Assembly (NCBI RefSeq): GCF_036667855.1
Contig: NZ_JAVWTF010000003.1
Location: forward strand, 6,099-70,098
Source of the DNA: Aurantimicrobium sp.
GTDB taxonomy: Bacteria; Actinomycetota; Actinomycetes; Actinomycetales; Microbacteriaceae
Length of the DNA stretch: 64,000 bases
Direction of reading: 5' to 3'
Every line of letters begins with the position of its first letter. The first letter of the stretch is position 1. Below, one piece after another: positions 1-8,557 of the stretch. The notes below the pieces were generated by a model. That model ran no database searches and was not told where the DNA came from. It saw only the letters and a program-made list of their open reading frames with translations. The position numbers were made by a program, and so were the translations under genes.

Positions 1-336
1 CAACCACCGCTGTATCGATTGAAGTGGTCCAATGCAGATCACGAGTATGTGTACTCGGACGAACAGCGCGACCGTCAGCTGGAAGCGGGTCTGGCTTCGG
101 GAAAGAAGATCCCGAAGGACAACGGAATCCAGCGTTACAAGGGTCTCGGTGAGATGGATTACCGCGAGCTCTGGGATACCACGATGAACCCCGAAACGCG
201 CACCCTGCTCCAGGTCACCCTGGATGACGCAGTTGCTGCCGACGAAATTTTCTCAACCCTGATGGGTGAAGACGTGGAATCACGTCGAAACTTCATCCAG
301 AAGAATGCAAAGGATGTGCGTTTCCTTGACATCTAA
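1..336 (+). CDS. gyrB: DNA gyrase subunit B, C-terminal fragment (gene starts upstream of window)
   Basis: Frame 1 reads QPPLYRLKW...GLGEMD...[30 protein letters not shown], the typical GyrB C-terminus; directly upstream of gyrA. Confidence 0.95.
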   Translation, partial: QPPLYRLKWSNADHEYVYSDEQRDRQLEAGLASGKKIPKDNGIQRYKGLGEMDYRELWDTTMNPETRTLLQVTLDDAVAADEIFSTLMGEDVESRRNFIQKNAKDVRFLDI

Positions 337-2884
337 CGACAACCTCGTCACCACTGACGAAAACGGAGAGAACCGCATCCAGCAGGTTGACCTGCAGCTG
401 GAGATGCAGCGTTCCTACCTCGACTACGCAATGAGCGTGATCGTGGGTCGCGCACTTCCCGACGTTCGTGACGGCCTCAAGCCCGTTCACCGTCGTGTGA
501 TCTACGCAATGTATGACGGTGGCTACCGCCCCGACAAGGCATTCTCCAAGTGTGCTCGTGTCGTTGGTGACGTCATGGGTCAATTCCACCCACACGGTGA
601 CTTGGCAATTTATGACGCACTGGTTCGTCTGGTTCAGCCCTGGTCGCTGCGCTACCCACTGGCTCTCGGTCAGGGTAACTTCGGCTCCGCCGGTAACGAC
701 TCTGCAGCTGCTCCTCGTTACACCGAAACCAAAATGGCTCCTCTGGCGCTGGAAATGGTTCGCGACATCGACGAAGAAACCGTCGACTTCCAGGACAACT
801 ACGACGGTCGCACCCAAGAGCCTTCGATTCTGCCTTCGCGCTTCCCCAACCTGCTGGTCAACGGTTCGGTGGGTATTGCCGTGGGTATGGCCACCAACAT
901 TCCTCCTCACAACCTGCGTGAGGTTGCCGAAGGTGCACTCTGGGCACTGGCCAACCCTGACGCAACTCGTGAAGAGCTGCTGGAAGCTCTCATCTCTCGT
1001 ATCAAGGGACCTGACTTCCCCACCGGTGCACAGATTCTCGGCATCAAGGGAATCCAGGACGCCTACCGCACTGGTCGTGGTTCCATCACGATGCGTGCCG
1101 TGGTCAATGTGGAAGAACTACAGGGTCGCACCTGCCTCGTAGTGACCGAGCTCCCCTACCAGGTCAACCCTGACAACCTCGCGATCAAGATCGCGGAGCT
1201 GGTCAAGGATGGCAAGATCACCGGTATCGCGGATATCCGCGATGAGACCTCGGGTCGTACCGGTCAGCGCCTGGTTATTGTGCTCAAGCGTGATGCTGTT
1301 GCCAAGGTTGTTCTCAACAACCTCTACAAACAGACTCAGCTTCAGGAAAACTTCGGCGCAAACATGCTGGCTATCGTCGATGGCATTCCTCGTACCCTCG
1401 CTATTGATGGATTCATCTCCAACTGGGTCGAGCACCAGATTGATGTCATTGTTCGCCGCACGCAGTTCCGTCTGCGCAAGGCAGAAGAACGTATGCACAT
1501 CCTCAAGGGTTACCTTGCCGCGCTCGATGCACTCGACGAAGTGATTGCTCTGATTCGCAAGAGCCCCACTGTTGAAGATGCCCGCGATGGACTGATGTCC
1601 TTCCTCAAGATTGACGAGCTTCAAGCACGCGCCATCTTGGAGATGCAGCTGCGTCGTCTGGCTGCTCTCGAGCGCCAGAAGATCATCGACGAAGCCAACG
1701 AGTTGGAAGCTCAGATCACTGAGTTCAACGCCATCTTGGCTAGCCCTTCACGTCAGCGTGAGATTGTTTCGGAAGAACTCACCGACATCGTTGCCCGTTA
1801 CGGCGATGACCGTCGCTCCGAAATCATGCCTGGCTTCGACGGGGACATGAACGTGGAAGACCTCATTCCTGAAGAGGAAATGGTCATCACCGTTACCCGT
1901 GGTGGTTACATTAAGCGCACCCGCAGCGACAACTACCGCAGTCAGCACCGTGGTGGCCGTGGCGTCAAGGGTGCACAGCTCCGTGCAGATGACGTAGTCG
2001 AGCACTTCTTCGTCACCACTACACACCACTGGCTGTTGTTCTTCACGAACACCGGACGCGTTTATCGCGCGAAGGCCTATGAAGTTCAAGAAGCAGGTCG
2101 TGACGCAAAGGGTCAGCACATTGCCAACCTGTTGGCTCTTGCTCCCGACGAGCAGGTCACCCAGATTCTCGACATCCGCGACTACCAGGCAGCTCAGTAC
2201 CTTGCTCTGGCAACTCGTGATGGTCTGATCAAGAAGACCGCACTGACTGAGTACGACACCAACCGCACCGGTGGCATCATCGCCATCAAGCTGCGCGAGG
2301 GTGACGAGCTCGTCTCAGCACTTCTTCTCGAAGCGGACTCAGATGTTCTCCTAGTTTCACGCAAGGGTATGAGCATCCGCTTCACCGCAACCGATGAGGC
2401 ACTGCGACCCATGGGTCGTTCCACCTCTGGTGTGACCGGTATGAAGTTCCGTGGCGGAGACAGTCTGCTTTCTGCCTCGTTGGTATCTGACTCAGGTTTC
2501 GTCTTTGTCGTCACCGAGGGTGGCTACGCTAAGCGCACCTCTGCCGATCAGTACCGCACACAAAACCGTGGTGGTCTGGGTATCAAGGTTGCCAAGCTCA
2601 GCGAAGACCGCGGAGACCTGGTCGGATCTCTCATCGTGGAAGAAGAAGACGAAGTTCTTGTTGTTCTGGAAACCGGCAAGGTTGTCCGCTCGGCAGTGAA
2701 CGAAGTTCCTGCCAAGGGACGTGACACCATGGGCGTTGTCTTCGCTCGATTCGAAGAGGGCGACAAGATTCTTGCCGTCGCACGCAATTCAGAGCGTAAT
2801 CTTGAATCTGCAGAAGATGCAGTTGAAGAAGATGTAGAAGCAACCAGCGGAGACGCTGTAGTGGAAGAGGCACCAAATGAGTAA
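314..2884 (+). CDS. gyrA: DNA gyrase subunit A
   Basis: [22 protein letters not shown] (catalytic Tyr region) and C-terminal beta-pinwheel repeats. Start uncertain (ATG 305/314 or TTG 326); the ORF-track start at 266 lies inside gyrB. Confidence 0.95.
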   Translation: MCVSLTSNDNLVTTDENGENRIQQVDLQLEMQRSYLDYAMSVIVGRALPDVRDGLKPVHRRVIYAMYDGGYRPDKAFSKCARVVGDVMGQFHPHGDLAIYDALVRLVQPWSLRYPLALGQGNFGSAGNDSAAAPRYTETKMAPLALEMVRDIDEETVDFQDNYDGRTQEPSILPSRFPNLLVNGSVGIAVGMATNIPPHNLREVAEGALWALANPDATREELLEALISRIKGPDFPTGAQILGIKGIQDAYRTGRGSITMRAVVNVEELQGRTCLVVTELPYQVNPDNLAIKIAELVKDGKITGIADIRDETSGRTGQRLVIVLKRDAVAKVVLNNLYKQTQLQENFGANMLAIVDGIPRTLAIDGFISNWVEHQIDVIVRRTQFRLRKAEERMHILKGYLAALDALDEVIALIRKSPTVEDARDGLMSFLKIDELQARAILEMQLRRLAALERQKIIDEANELEAQITEFNAILASPSRQREIVSEELTDIVARYGDDRRSEIMPGFDGDMNVEDLIPEEEMVITVTRGGYIKRTRSDNYRSQHRGGRGVKGAQLRADDVVEHFFVTTTHHWLLFFTNTGRVYRAKAYEVQEAGRDAKGQHIANLLALAPDEQVTQILDIRDYQAAQYLALATRDGLIKKTALTEYDTNRTGGIIAIKLREGDELVSALLLEADSDVLLVSRKGMSIRFTATDEALRPMGRSTSGVTGMKFRGGDSLLSASLVSDSGFVFVVTEGGYAKRTSADQYRTQNRGGLGIKVAKLSEDRGDLVGSLIVEEEDEVLVVLETGKVVRSAVNEVPAKGRDTMGVVFARFEEGDKILAVARNSERNLESAEDAVEEDVEATSGDAVVEEAPNE

Positions 2885-3311
2885 CGCATTGGCACAGAAG
2901 CTCAAAGACAAGCTTCCCAAGAGCGAGCCCAAGGCCCCTAAGGGTCCTGAGGCAAAGCAGGTTCGCCTGAAGCTCGTTTATGTCGACTTCATGTCTGCGC
3001 TCAAAATGTCATTCCTGCTCGGACTGGCGCAATTCATCGTTGTTGTCGTGGGAACCCTGCTTCTCTACTTAGTCTTCGTTCAGACCGGTATTTTCGAGAC
3101 CGCAAACAGCGTTGCAGGTGAGGTTCTGGGAAATAACTCCTTCGATATCAACAGCATTGCTTCCATTGGAAAGACCGTGGGTGCAGCTGCTGCAGTTGGC
3201 CTGGTCAACCTGATTGTGATCACCGTGTTGGGCGCAATTTGTGCAGTTCTGTATAACGCAGCAGCCAAGATTACCGGTGGTCTTTCTATCGGTTTCACCA
3301 ACCAGCAGTAA
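2877..3311 (+). CDS. DUF3566-type membrane protein conserved downstream of gyrA (Rv0007-like position)
   Basis: Lys-rich N-terminus followed by hydrophobic segments; overlaps the gyrA stop; conserved position before tRNA-Ile/Ala in actinobacteria. Confidence 0.7.
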   Translation: MSNALAQKLKDKLPKSEPKAPKGPEAKQVRLKLVYVDFMSALKMSFLLGLAQFIVVVVGTLLLYLVFVQTGIFETANSVAGEVLGNNSFDINSIASIGKTVGAAAAVGLVNLIVITVLGAICAVLYNAAAKITGGLSIGFTNQQ

Positions 3312-3372
3312 AAAAACTCAGGCTCGATTTAGAGATTCGCCGGGATTCCGGTAGTCTCGAATCTGCCTAAGC

Positions 3373-3446
3373 GGGGCTATAGCTCAGGTGGTTAGAGCGC
3401 TTCACTGATAATGAAGAGGTCCCAGGTTCAAGTCCTGGTAGCCCCA
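3373..3446 (+). tRNA. tRNA-Ile (anticodon GAT)
   Basis: Acceptor stem GGGGCTA/TAGCCCC, anticodon arm cttca-CTGATAA-tgaag, T-arm ggttcaagtcc; no encoded CCA. Confidence 0.93.
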
Positions 3447-3490
3447 CGCAATTGCTCTTTATATTTTGATGTAAAGTAGTAAAAGCAATC

Positions 3491-3563
3491 GGGGCCTTAG
3501 CTCAATTGGTAGAGCGCCTGCTTTGCAAGCAGGAGGTCAGGAGTTCGATTCTCCTAGGCTCCA
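3491..3563 (+). tRNA. tRNA-Ala (anticodon TGC)
   Basis: Acceptor stem GGGGCCT/AGGCTCC with G3:U70, anticodon arm cctgc-TTTGCAA-gcagg, T-arm gagttcgattctc; no encoded CCA. Confidence 0.93.
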
Positions 3564-3564
3564 C
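3555..3564 (+). repeat. attL core (taggctccac), last 9 nt of tRNA-Ala plus 1 nt
   Basis: Identical 10-mer recurs at 11430-11439. Confidence 0.75.
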
Positions 3565-3573
3565 TCCCCCCAG

Positions 3574-3599
3574 AAAAACCCCCAGAAATGGGGGTTTTT
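3574..3599 (+). terminator. Rho-independent terminator after tRNA-Ala
   Basis: aaaaaccccc-agaaat-gggggttttt perfect 10-bp stem with a T run. Confidence 0.8.
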
Positions 3600-3618
3600 C
3601 TTTACCCAAAACGCTTTG

Positions 3619-3665
3619 ATAGGCGTAATCTATTGGCGTAATTTTTACAGCTAAATAGGCGTACT
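3619..3665 (+). repeat. Three direct copies of the 11-bp motif AT[A/T]GGCGTA[A/C]T (putative integrase arm-type sites, left arm)
   Basis: ataggcgtaat 3619-3629, attggcgtaat 3632-3642, ataggcgtact 3655-3665; the same motif occurs twice at 11344-11367. Confidence 0.8.
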
Positions 3666-3686
3666 TTCCCAGCTTTCCGAGCTACT

Positions 3687-4973
3687 GTGAAAGCTATGGG
3701 GGAACAAAACAAGCCACGACGGGAAAAGGGAACAGGTGCTTTGTACCTGCGAACCCGCGAAATACCAGGCGAAAAGGACTATGAGTTCTATCAAGCCGTC
3801 CTCGAAGTGAAGACTGAAACAGGCAAACGCAAACGCATTACAGGCAACGGAGCAACAAAATCTCTTGCCCAAGCAAAGCTCCAAGCCAACATAAATAAGT
3901 TTTATCAACGAGAAGCAGAAGGCACCGTCGCAGTTAGGCGGAAGAAGTCTTCGGGCATGACCGTTGAGGAATGGTTAGACGCCTGGTACGAAAGCCTGCA
4001 ATATCGTCGTCTGTCTGAAACGGTGCGAAGAAAATATAAAGGTTTTTACGAACACCACATAGTTCCCCATGTCGGTGATACTCCGCTGGCGGATCTTCAC
4101 GAAGACCAGTTGGAAGAACTATTCGGTACAACGCTCGTAAATAAAAGAAAGAAAATTAACGGCGTTGAGAGCGACCAACCGTTGTTGGGCAACTCTGCTC
4201 GTCGAAACATTTACAAGACGCTGAACACCGCTCTGAAAAGAGCAGTTGATAAGGGTCTTATTTCACGCAACCCGCTTGCACTCGTTCAGGCACCTGAACT
4301 GAAACAAGACCCAGACGAGAATGTGCCCAGCTATGCACATATCGTCCTGTCTCTTATGAAGCGAATGAGGGAGGACAACTACCCAGACTATTGCCGCTTC
4401 TTCTTCATGCTGTTAGGTGTTCGTAAAGCTGAACGAGTAGCAATATCGCTGACGAACATTCGGGGTCTAAAAACAAAAAACCCCACGCTGGTTATTAGTC
4501 AGCAAATAGCCAGGCACGCTGACGGTTCAGGTTGGTACATAAAGCCAGCGACAAAGAACGGCAAAGACAGAATGCTTCCTTTGCCCGAGATATTTGTCGA
4601 AGCACTCAACGACTATCTAAAAGTTCGTACCGCTTGGACAAAATCTCCGAACTGGAAACCAAAGCGAGAGTTTGAGGATCTACTCTTCATTCATGAAGAC
4701 GGTTCTCCGATAACTCTGAACCAGGACAACACAGACTGGCACAAGCTCCTCGACCATTACGGCTACCCGTACTTCCGTAGCCACCTTGTTCGACATGTTG
4801 CTGCAACTGTTCTTGCAGACCAGGAACCACCCGTTCCGTTCCAAGTTATTCAGAACATGCTTGGAAACGGTGTCGCTATGACGCAGTACTACGCCCGCAT
4901 TTCAGCGAAGCAAATGAAGACGCCACTCACGGCATATGGCGAAACTATCGCTGACCGTGTAAAGAAAAAATAA
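3687..4973 (+). CDS. int: Tyrosine recombinase / phage-type integrase
   Basis: N-terminal SAM-like core-binding region; C-terminal catalytic signature HLVRHVAATVLA (HxxR) and MTQYYARIS (Tyr). Adjacent to the tRNA target. Start GTG 3687 or ATG 3696. Confidence 0.9.
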   Translation: MKAMGEQNKPRREKGTGALYLRTREIPGEKDYEFYQAVLEVKTETGKRKRITGNGATKSLAQAKLQANINKFYQREAEGTVAVRRKKSSGMTVEEWLDAWYESLQYRRLSETVRRKYKGFYEHHIVPHVGDTPLADLHEDQLEELFGTTLVNKRKKINGVESDQPLLGNSARRNIYKTLNTALKRAVDKGLISRNPLALVQAPELKQDPDENVPSYAHIVLSLMKRMREDNYPDYCRFFFMLLGVRKAERVAISLTNIRGLKTKNPTLVISQQIARHADGSGWYIKPATKNGKDRMLPLPEIFVEALNDYLKVRTAWTKSPNWKPKREFEDLLFIHEDGSPITLNQDNTDWHKLLDHYGYPYFRSHLVRHVAATVLADQEPPVPFQVIQNMLGNGVAMTQYYARISAKQMKTPLTAYGETIADRVKKK

Positions 4974-5070
4974 AAACTTTTCAGAAAATTCCTGAAACTC
5001 AAAAAACCAGCCGATAAGTATTTCGAGGTCAAAATATGACTTCTAAAAATACGAATGAAAGTTGGTTCTC

Positions 5071-5427
5071 ATGTCCATTAACTATGGCTATTACCTCCCT
5101 CTAAATGCAGCAGATATGTACAAAGAAGTTCGCTTCTTGGACATTTCTCCAAAGACTGACGGTGTTGGTGAGCTTGCTCGTCAAACCACAGACAACGAGG
5201 GAACACCCAAGTGGGTTGTCTCCACACTTGTGAAGTACAAAGACCTCCCACAACAAACAGAGACATTCACTCTCGTTGCTTCACAAGCTGACGCAGAAAA
5301 AATAAACCTCATAGCTGACCTGACACCTATTCGTCTCCTAAACCTTTTAGGTGGCAAATGGTCAAAGGCTGGTGCAGACAAGACTTCTTGGAGCTTCCAG
5401 ATTTCAGGCGTTGAGGTCGCAAAGTAA
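5071..5427 (+). CDS. Hypothetical protein (island ORFan, about 118 aa)
   Basis: Clean ORF co-directional with int; TAATG coupling to the next ORF. No motif I recognise. Start TTG 5062 or ATG 5071. Confidence 0.5.
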   Translation: MSINYGYYLPLNAADMYKEVRFLDISPKTDGVGELARQTTDNEGTPKWVVSTLVKYKDLPQQTETFTLVASQADAEKINLIADLTPIRLLNLLGGKWSKAGADKTSWSFQISGVEVAK

Positions 5428-5777
5428 TGTCCATGAGTACCGCCACCCTCAAAGGAGTTGTCTGGCGTTTGTGGTGTGAGTACTTCGAGCAACAAGAAGA
5501 TCTCATTCCACCGCTTGCATTCCTGAAACAGGGTGCGGGAGAAGACGGTTTTTTCGTCTCTTCCGTCTCTGACGCAGAGATAGACAAGTTTGTCGCTGCT
5601 ATGAGAGCTAACCCAGAGGTTGAGTTCCTAACCAGAAAAGACTGGGCATTAGACCCGTCAGTTTGGTTTGGTTGGTGGTCTGTCTTTTTGGCGAGGCCCA
5701 AAACCCACACTCTGAAAACTCCGCGAGTAAGGAACCAGATAAACAGTTCCTCTCGTGGAAAGCGTCGGGGAGAGTAA
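5427..5777 (+). CDS. Hypothetical protein (island ORFan, 116 aa)
   Basis: Start overlaps the previous stop (TAATG); followed by a terminator hairpin at 5809-5835. Confidence 0.5.
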   Translation: MSMSTATLKGVVWRLWCEYFEQQEDLIPPLAFLKQGAGEDGFFVSSVSDAEIDKFVAAMRANPEVEFLTRKDWALDPSVWFGWWSVFLARPKTHTLKTPRVRNQINSSSRGKRRGE

Positions 5778-5808
5778 GACCGACAAAAGAGAAAGGTACG
5801 ACATGAAC

Positions 5809-5835
5809 GGCGAGGGTCTAACCCTCGCCGTTTTT
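5809..5835 (+). terminator. Rho-independent terminator
   Basis: ggcgaggg-tctaa-ccctcgcc followed by gttttt. Confidence 0.75.
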
Positions 5836-5938
5836 GCGTTCTGGGAGTGAGCACCTGACCGAGTGAAAGCGGTGCGGCAACGAGGAAGGTGCGAGAAGGA
5901 AGAAAAGCAACACAAGAAGTTAGTTCTGAAACCCATTC

Positions 5939-6202
5939 GTGATACCTGCCGATAGAGCAGGTATGACGAACAACGAAAAGGACGCCAAAGAGCAGGGGCT
6001 TGTTATATGTGGCATAAGTGCTCGTGAAGATACAGATATTGGTTTTGCCTCGCCAAAAGAGATAGACCACGCTGTCAGACATATTCCTGAAAGGACAACA
6101 GAACCTGAACTTGGTGAAGATAGGTACTCAATAACTCTTTCGCCTGGCTCTGTGAAGGTTTCGAGAAAACTTGGTTCTCCTGCTCCAAAGTCTGAAAACT
6201 AA
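5939..6202 (+). CDS. Hypothetical 87-aa ORF, in frame with the downstream Rep ORF and separated from it by a single TAA
   Basis: 5939 and 6248 are in the same frame. The only stop between them is TAA 6200-6202, and no start codon occurs in 6203-6247. Confidence 0.4.
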   Translation: MIPADRAGMTNNEKDAKEQGLVICGISAREDTDIGFASPKEIDHAVRHIPERTTEPELGEDRYSITLSPGSVKVSRKLGSPAPKSEN

Positions 6203-6247
6203 CCGAAGACTTCGATAACCAAATGGACTAAACAGTCCAGGTCAAAC

Positions 6248-7150
6248 ATGGTGGCAGTCCTGGCGAGCTTGGACTACAACCCACTTTTTGAGTTTGGTTA
6301 TTCCACTCCTGCCATGCTCACGCTGACTTACCCGAAGTCATGGGAAGTCGTAGCCCCCACCGCAGCGGACACTAAACGCCATATGAGGCTGTTTCGTCAA
6401 AGGTATGAACGAATGTTTGATAGAAAACTTCGTGGTTGTTGGAAGCTGGAATGGCAAGCACGCTCTGCTCCGCACATACACATATTCTGTGTTCCTCCCG
6501 AGATCCCAGAATTTCGTATGTGGTTATCTACGACTTGGGCAGACATAGTTAACGCTCCCGACCCAGAGGAAAAGAAAAAGCACCTCAAAGCGGGTACAGG
6601 TATTGACTACGGCGAAGGCATAAGAGCTTCTGACCCCAAGAGGTTAGCTGTGTATTTCACAAAGCATGGTTCAGCAAACTTCGGAGATAAGGAATATCAG
6701 AACCAACCGCCTGACCTATGGGTGAATGACGGCTCCATAGGTCGCCTGTGGGGGTATTACGGACTTAAAGCAGCGTTAGCAACCGTAGAGGTCGATACGG
6801 CAGACGCTCTCTTCATAGCCCGCACTCTTCGACGGTGGCAAAAAGCCCAGTCAAAACCTCGAAGGGTCAAAGTCTGGCGAACAAACTCTAAAACTGGTGA
6901 AGTGAAGCCACGCTATGTAAAGCGTAAAAAGAAATACCTCAAAAAGCGTTCAGGGTTTATGTCGGTGAATGACGGCTCTGTAATGGGGGAGACATTAGCG
7001 AGAGCACTCGCCGCTCATAAAGGTGAAGAAGTTAGCGTGCGGTCAGCAGACCAAGCAGACGCTCTATCTCCGCAGACTTCTCCTCGACCCGAGCTTCCGC
7101 AACTGCCACTCGTTGTGAAAGAGCGTCTCTCTCGACTGTTAGGTCTTTGA
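6248..7150 (+). CDS. rep: Rolling-circle (HUH) replication initiator protein
   Basis: Motif 1 MLTLTYP, motif 2 PHIHIFCV (HUH), motif 3 AVYFTKHG (Tyr-x-x-K); basic C-terminus. True N-terminus possibly upstream (see findings). Confidence 0.7.
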   Translation: MVAVLASLDYNPLFEFGYSTPAMLTLTYPKSWEVVAPTAADTKRHMRLFRQRYERMFDRKLRGCWKLEWQARSAPHIHIFCVPPEIPEFRMWLSTTWADIVNAPDPEEKKKHLKAGTGIDYGEGIRASDPKRLAVYFTKHGSANFGDKEYQNQPPDLWVNDGSIGRLWGYYGLKAALATVEVDTADALFIARTLRRWQKAQSKPRRVKVWRTNSKTGEVKPRYVKRKKKYLKKRSGFMSVNDGSVMGETLARALAAHKGEEVSVRSADQADALSPQTSPRPELPQLPLVVKERLSRLLGL

Positions 7151-7442
7151 CCTGTTCAGCAAGCTCACGAATACGAAGCACAGAAGAACGCTCCTGGACT
7201 TGTTCAGAAGTGTTGCGGTTATCTACGGGAAGCTCTGGTGCGTCAGGACTTAACCAGCCCATAGTCAAGAGGGCAGATCTTGGAATACGCCATACTCTGC
7301 CCGAGCAGTCCGACCCAAGTCGGTCGAGCTCTTGCTTGTTGGGTTCGTAGCGGAACTTTGTTGCGGAATAGCCAGTCAAAGACATGGCTTCGGCTACTGA
7401 ATAGTAGGGACGCTCTACTTCGTTCTTGGGCAGATATTCCAT
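7032..7442 (-). CDS. Excisionase/MerR-like HTH DNA-binding protein with C-terminal coiled coil
   Basis: YYSVAEAMSLTGYSATKFRY...RVWRIPRSALL resembles the Xis/AlpA-type winged HTH. Heptad-rich tail. GGAGGA lies 8 nt upstream of ATG 7442. The 3' end overlaps rep by 119 nt. Confidence 0.6.
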   Translation of the reverse strand: MEYLPKNEVERPYYSVAEAMSLTGYSATKFRYEPNKQELDRLGSDCSGRVWRIPRSALLTMGWLSPDAPELPVDNRNTSEQVQERSSVLRIRELAEQVKDLTVERDALSQRVAVAEARVEEKSAEIERLLGLLTAR

Positions 7443-7607
7443 TTGTTGTTCCTCCATAAAACTATTTTTAGCATTTCTAAAACTTTTTGTCAATATAACT
7501 TGCCATATTTATTATTTTATGATATGATAATAATATAATAAAAACAAACCAGACAAAAGTTTGGCGGAAAACCTCAAATAGAGGAGAACAAAAAGTAAGG
7601 AAAACTA
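7443..7607. promoter_or_regulatory. Very AT-rich divergent promoter region of the island
   Basis: Lies between divergent genes. Contains ttgtca/ttgcca and tataat-like hexamers and the repeated run atgatatgataataatataat. Confidence 0.5.
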
Positions 7608-8120
7608 ATGTCCAAGAAAAACCGTATTAAGAACAAAGAAGCAAACTTGCAGAAGCGTATAAACGCTGCTTCTAACCGCAACGCTGCTGCTTCCACCCCC
7701 ATTTCAGCCGAAGAGGAAATGCGAGCTACTGCGGAAGCAGTTATGGCTCACAGGTCAGACCTTTCTGCCAAAGGGCCTATGCGGGTAGTTGCTAAAACCT
7801 GTGGAAATGGAGAGGGCTGTTCTCCAAGTTGTGAATACTGCGGACTTTTCACTCTCGGACTATTGACCACCCCCGAAGTTGCAGAAGAACTTTTCTCAAA
7901 GTTGGACTTGTCTGCTATTCGCAACTATGTAGCCGTCCATGAAGCCTCTGCCGAAGAGGCGACTATGGATCTCGAAAGAAGGGGTTTTCCTATGGACTAC
8001 TTGGACGGTCACTATCTTGTGTTTGTAAAAATGCTGTTCGCACACGAACACGCAAGCCACCGTCTCGAAGAGTTTAAAGAGCACTTTCTCGGTGCCAACG
8101 AAGAGAAAGTTGCTGCCTAA
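7608..8120 (+). CDS. Hypothetical protein, 170 aa, with Cys cluster CX5CX3CX2C
   Basis: Good RBS (aaggaaaactaATG). Cys motif CGNGEGCSPSCEYC. No family recognised. Confidence 0.55.
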   Translation: MSKKNRIKNKEANLQKRINAASNRNAAASTPISAEEEMRATAEAVMAHRSDLSAKGPMRVVAKTCGNGEGCSPSCEYCGLFTLGLLTTPEVAEELFSKLDLSAIRNYVAVHEASAEEATMDLERRGFPMDYLDGHYLVFVKMLFAHEHASHRLEEFKEHFLGANEEKVAA

Positions 8121-8374
8121 TGTTTGGGCCAGAGACTGTCGAACTATATGAAAACTCAACTGCTTATGGCGTTTGCGAAACAACTATCTCCGAAGGTTAT
8201 GTAGTTGTAGGGCGGTGGAATGGAAGTGCAACAGTAAATGTCTCTCTGAAAGACGGCGAAGTATTTACTTGTTTCACGAACTACGAAATGAAATCTCTCG
8301 AAGAGTTTAAGGACGCCTTTATAGATTTTGTTCTTGGAGAAATGTCCAAGAAGCGAACTTCTAATGACTTCTGA
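8120..8374 (+). CDS. Hypothetical protein, 84 aa
   Basis: TAATG translational coupling to the previous ORF. Confidence 0.5.
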   Translation: MFGPETVELYENSTAYGVCETTISEGYVVVGRWNGSATVNVSLKDGEVFTCFTNYEMKSLEEFKDAFIDFVLGEMSKKRTSNDF

Positions 8375-8470
8375 AATAACTCCAAACATGAGAGAACCGC
8401 AACGCTGCTGAATGGTACGAGGACGAAGAACAGTTCATGACAGAGCGTGAGCATTACTTAATATGCTGTT

Positions 8471-8514
8471 GTCCTGCGGAAGCAAGTTCTTAACAGGATC
8501 TGCTTCCGCAGGAC
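8471..8514. promoter_or_regulatory. Perfect 14-bp inverted repeat (16-nt spacer) upstream of the MmeI-like gene
   Basis: gtcctgcggaagca (8471-8484) pairs with tgcttccgcaggac (8501-8514); no T tract follows. Confidence 0.6.
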
Positions 8515-8557
8515 ATGCCTTCGGCTCGTGGTCCGTGCCCTCGACTATGTTCGATAT

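Noticed and set aside
5327-6082. 251-aa minus-strand ORF spanning the island ORFans and the terminator at 5809-5835
   Set aside because: - The translation is Arg/Ser/Cys/Leu-rich with no motif.
- It overlaps two better plus-strand ORFs and reads straight through a terminator hairpin.
- Treated as a shadow ORF.
7608-8120. Radical-SAM enzyme call based on CSPSCEYC (CX3CX2C)
   Set aside because: - 170 aa is too short for a radical-SAM barrel.
- No SAM-binding GGE-like motif is seen.
- Kept only as a Cys-cluster note.
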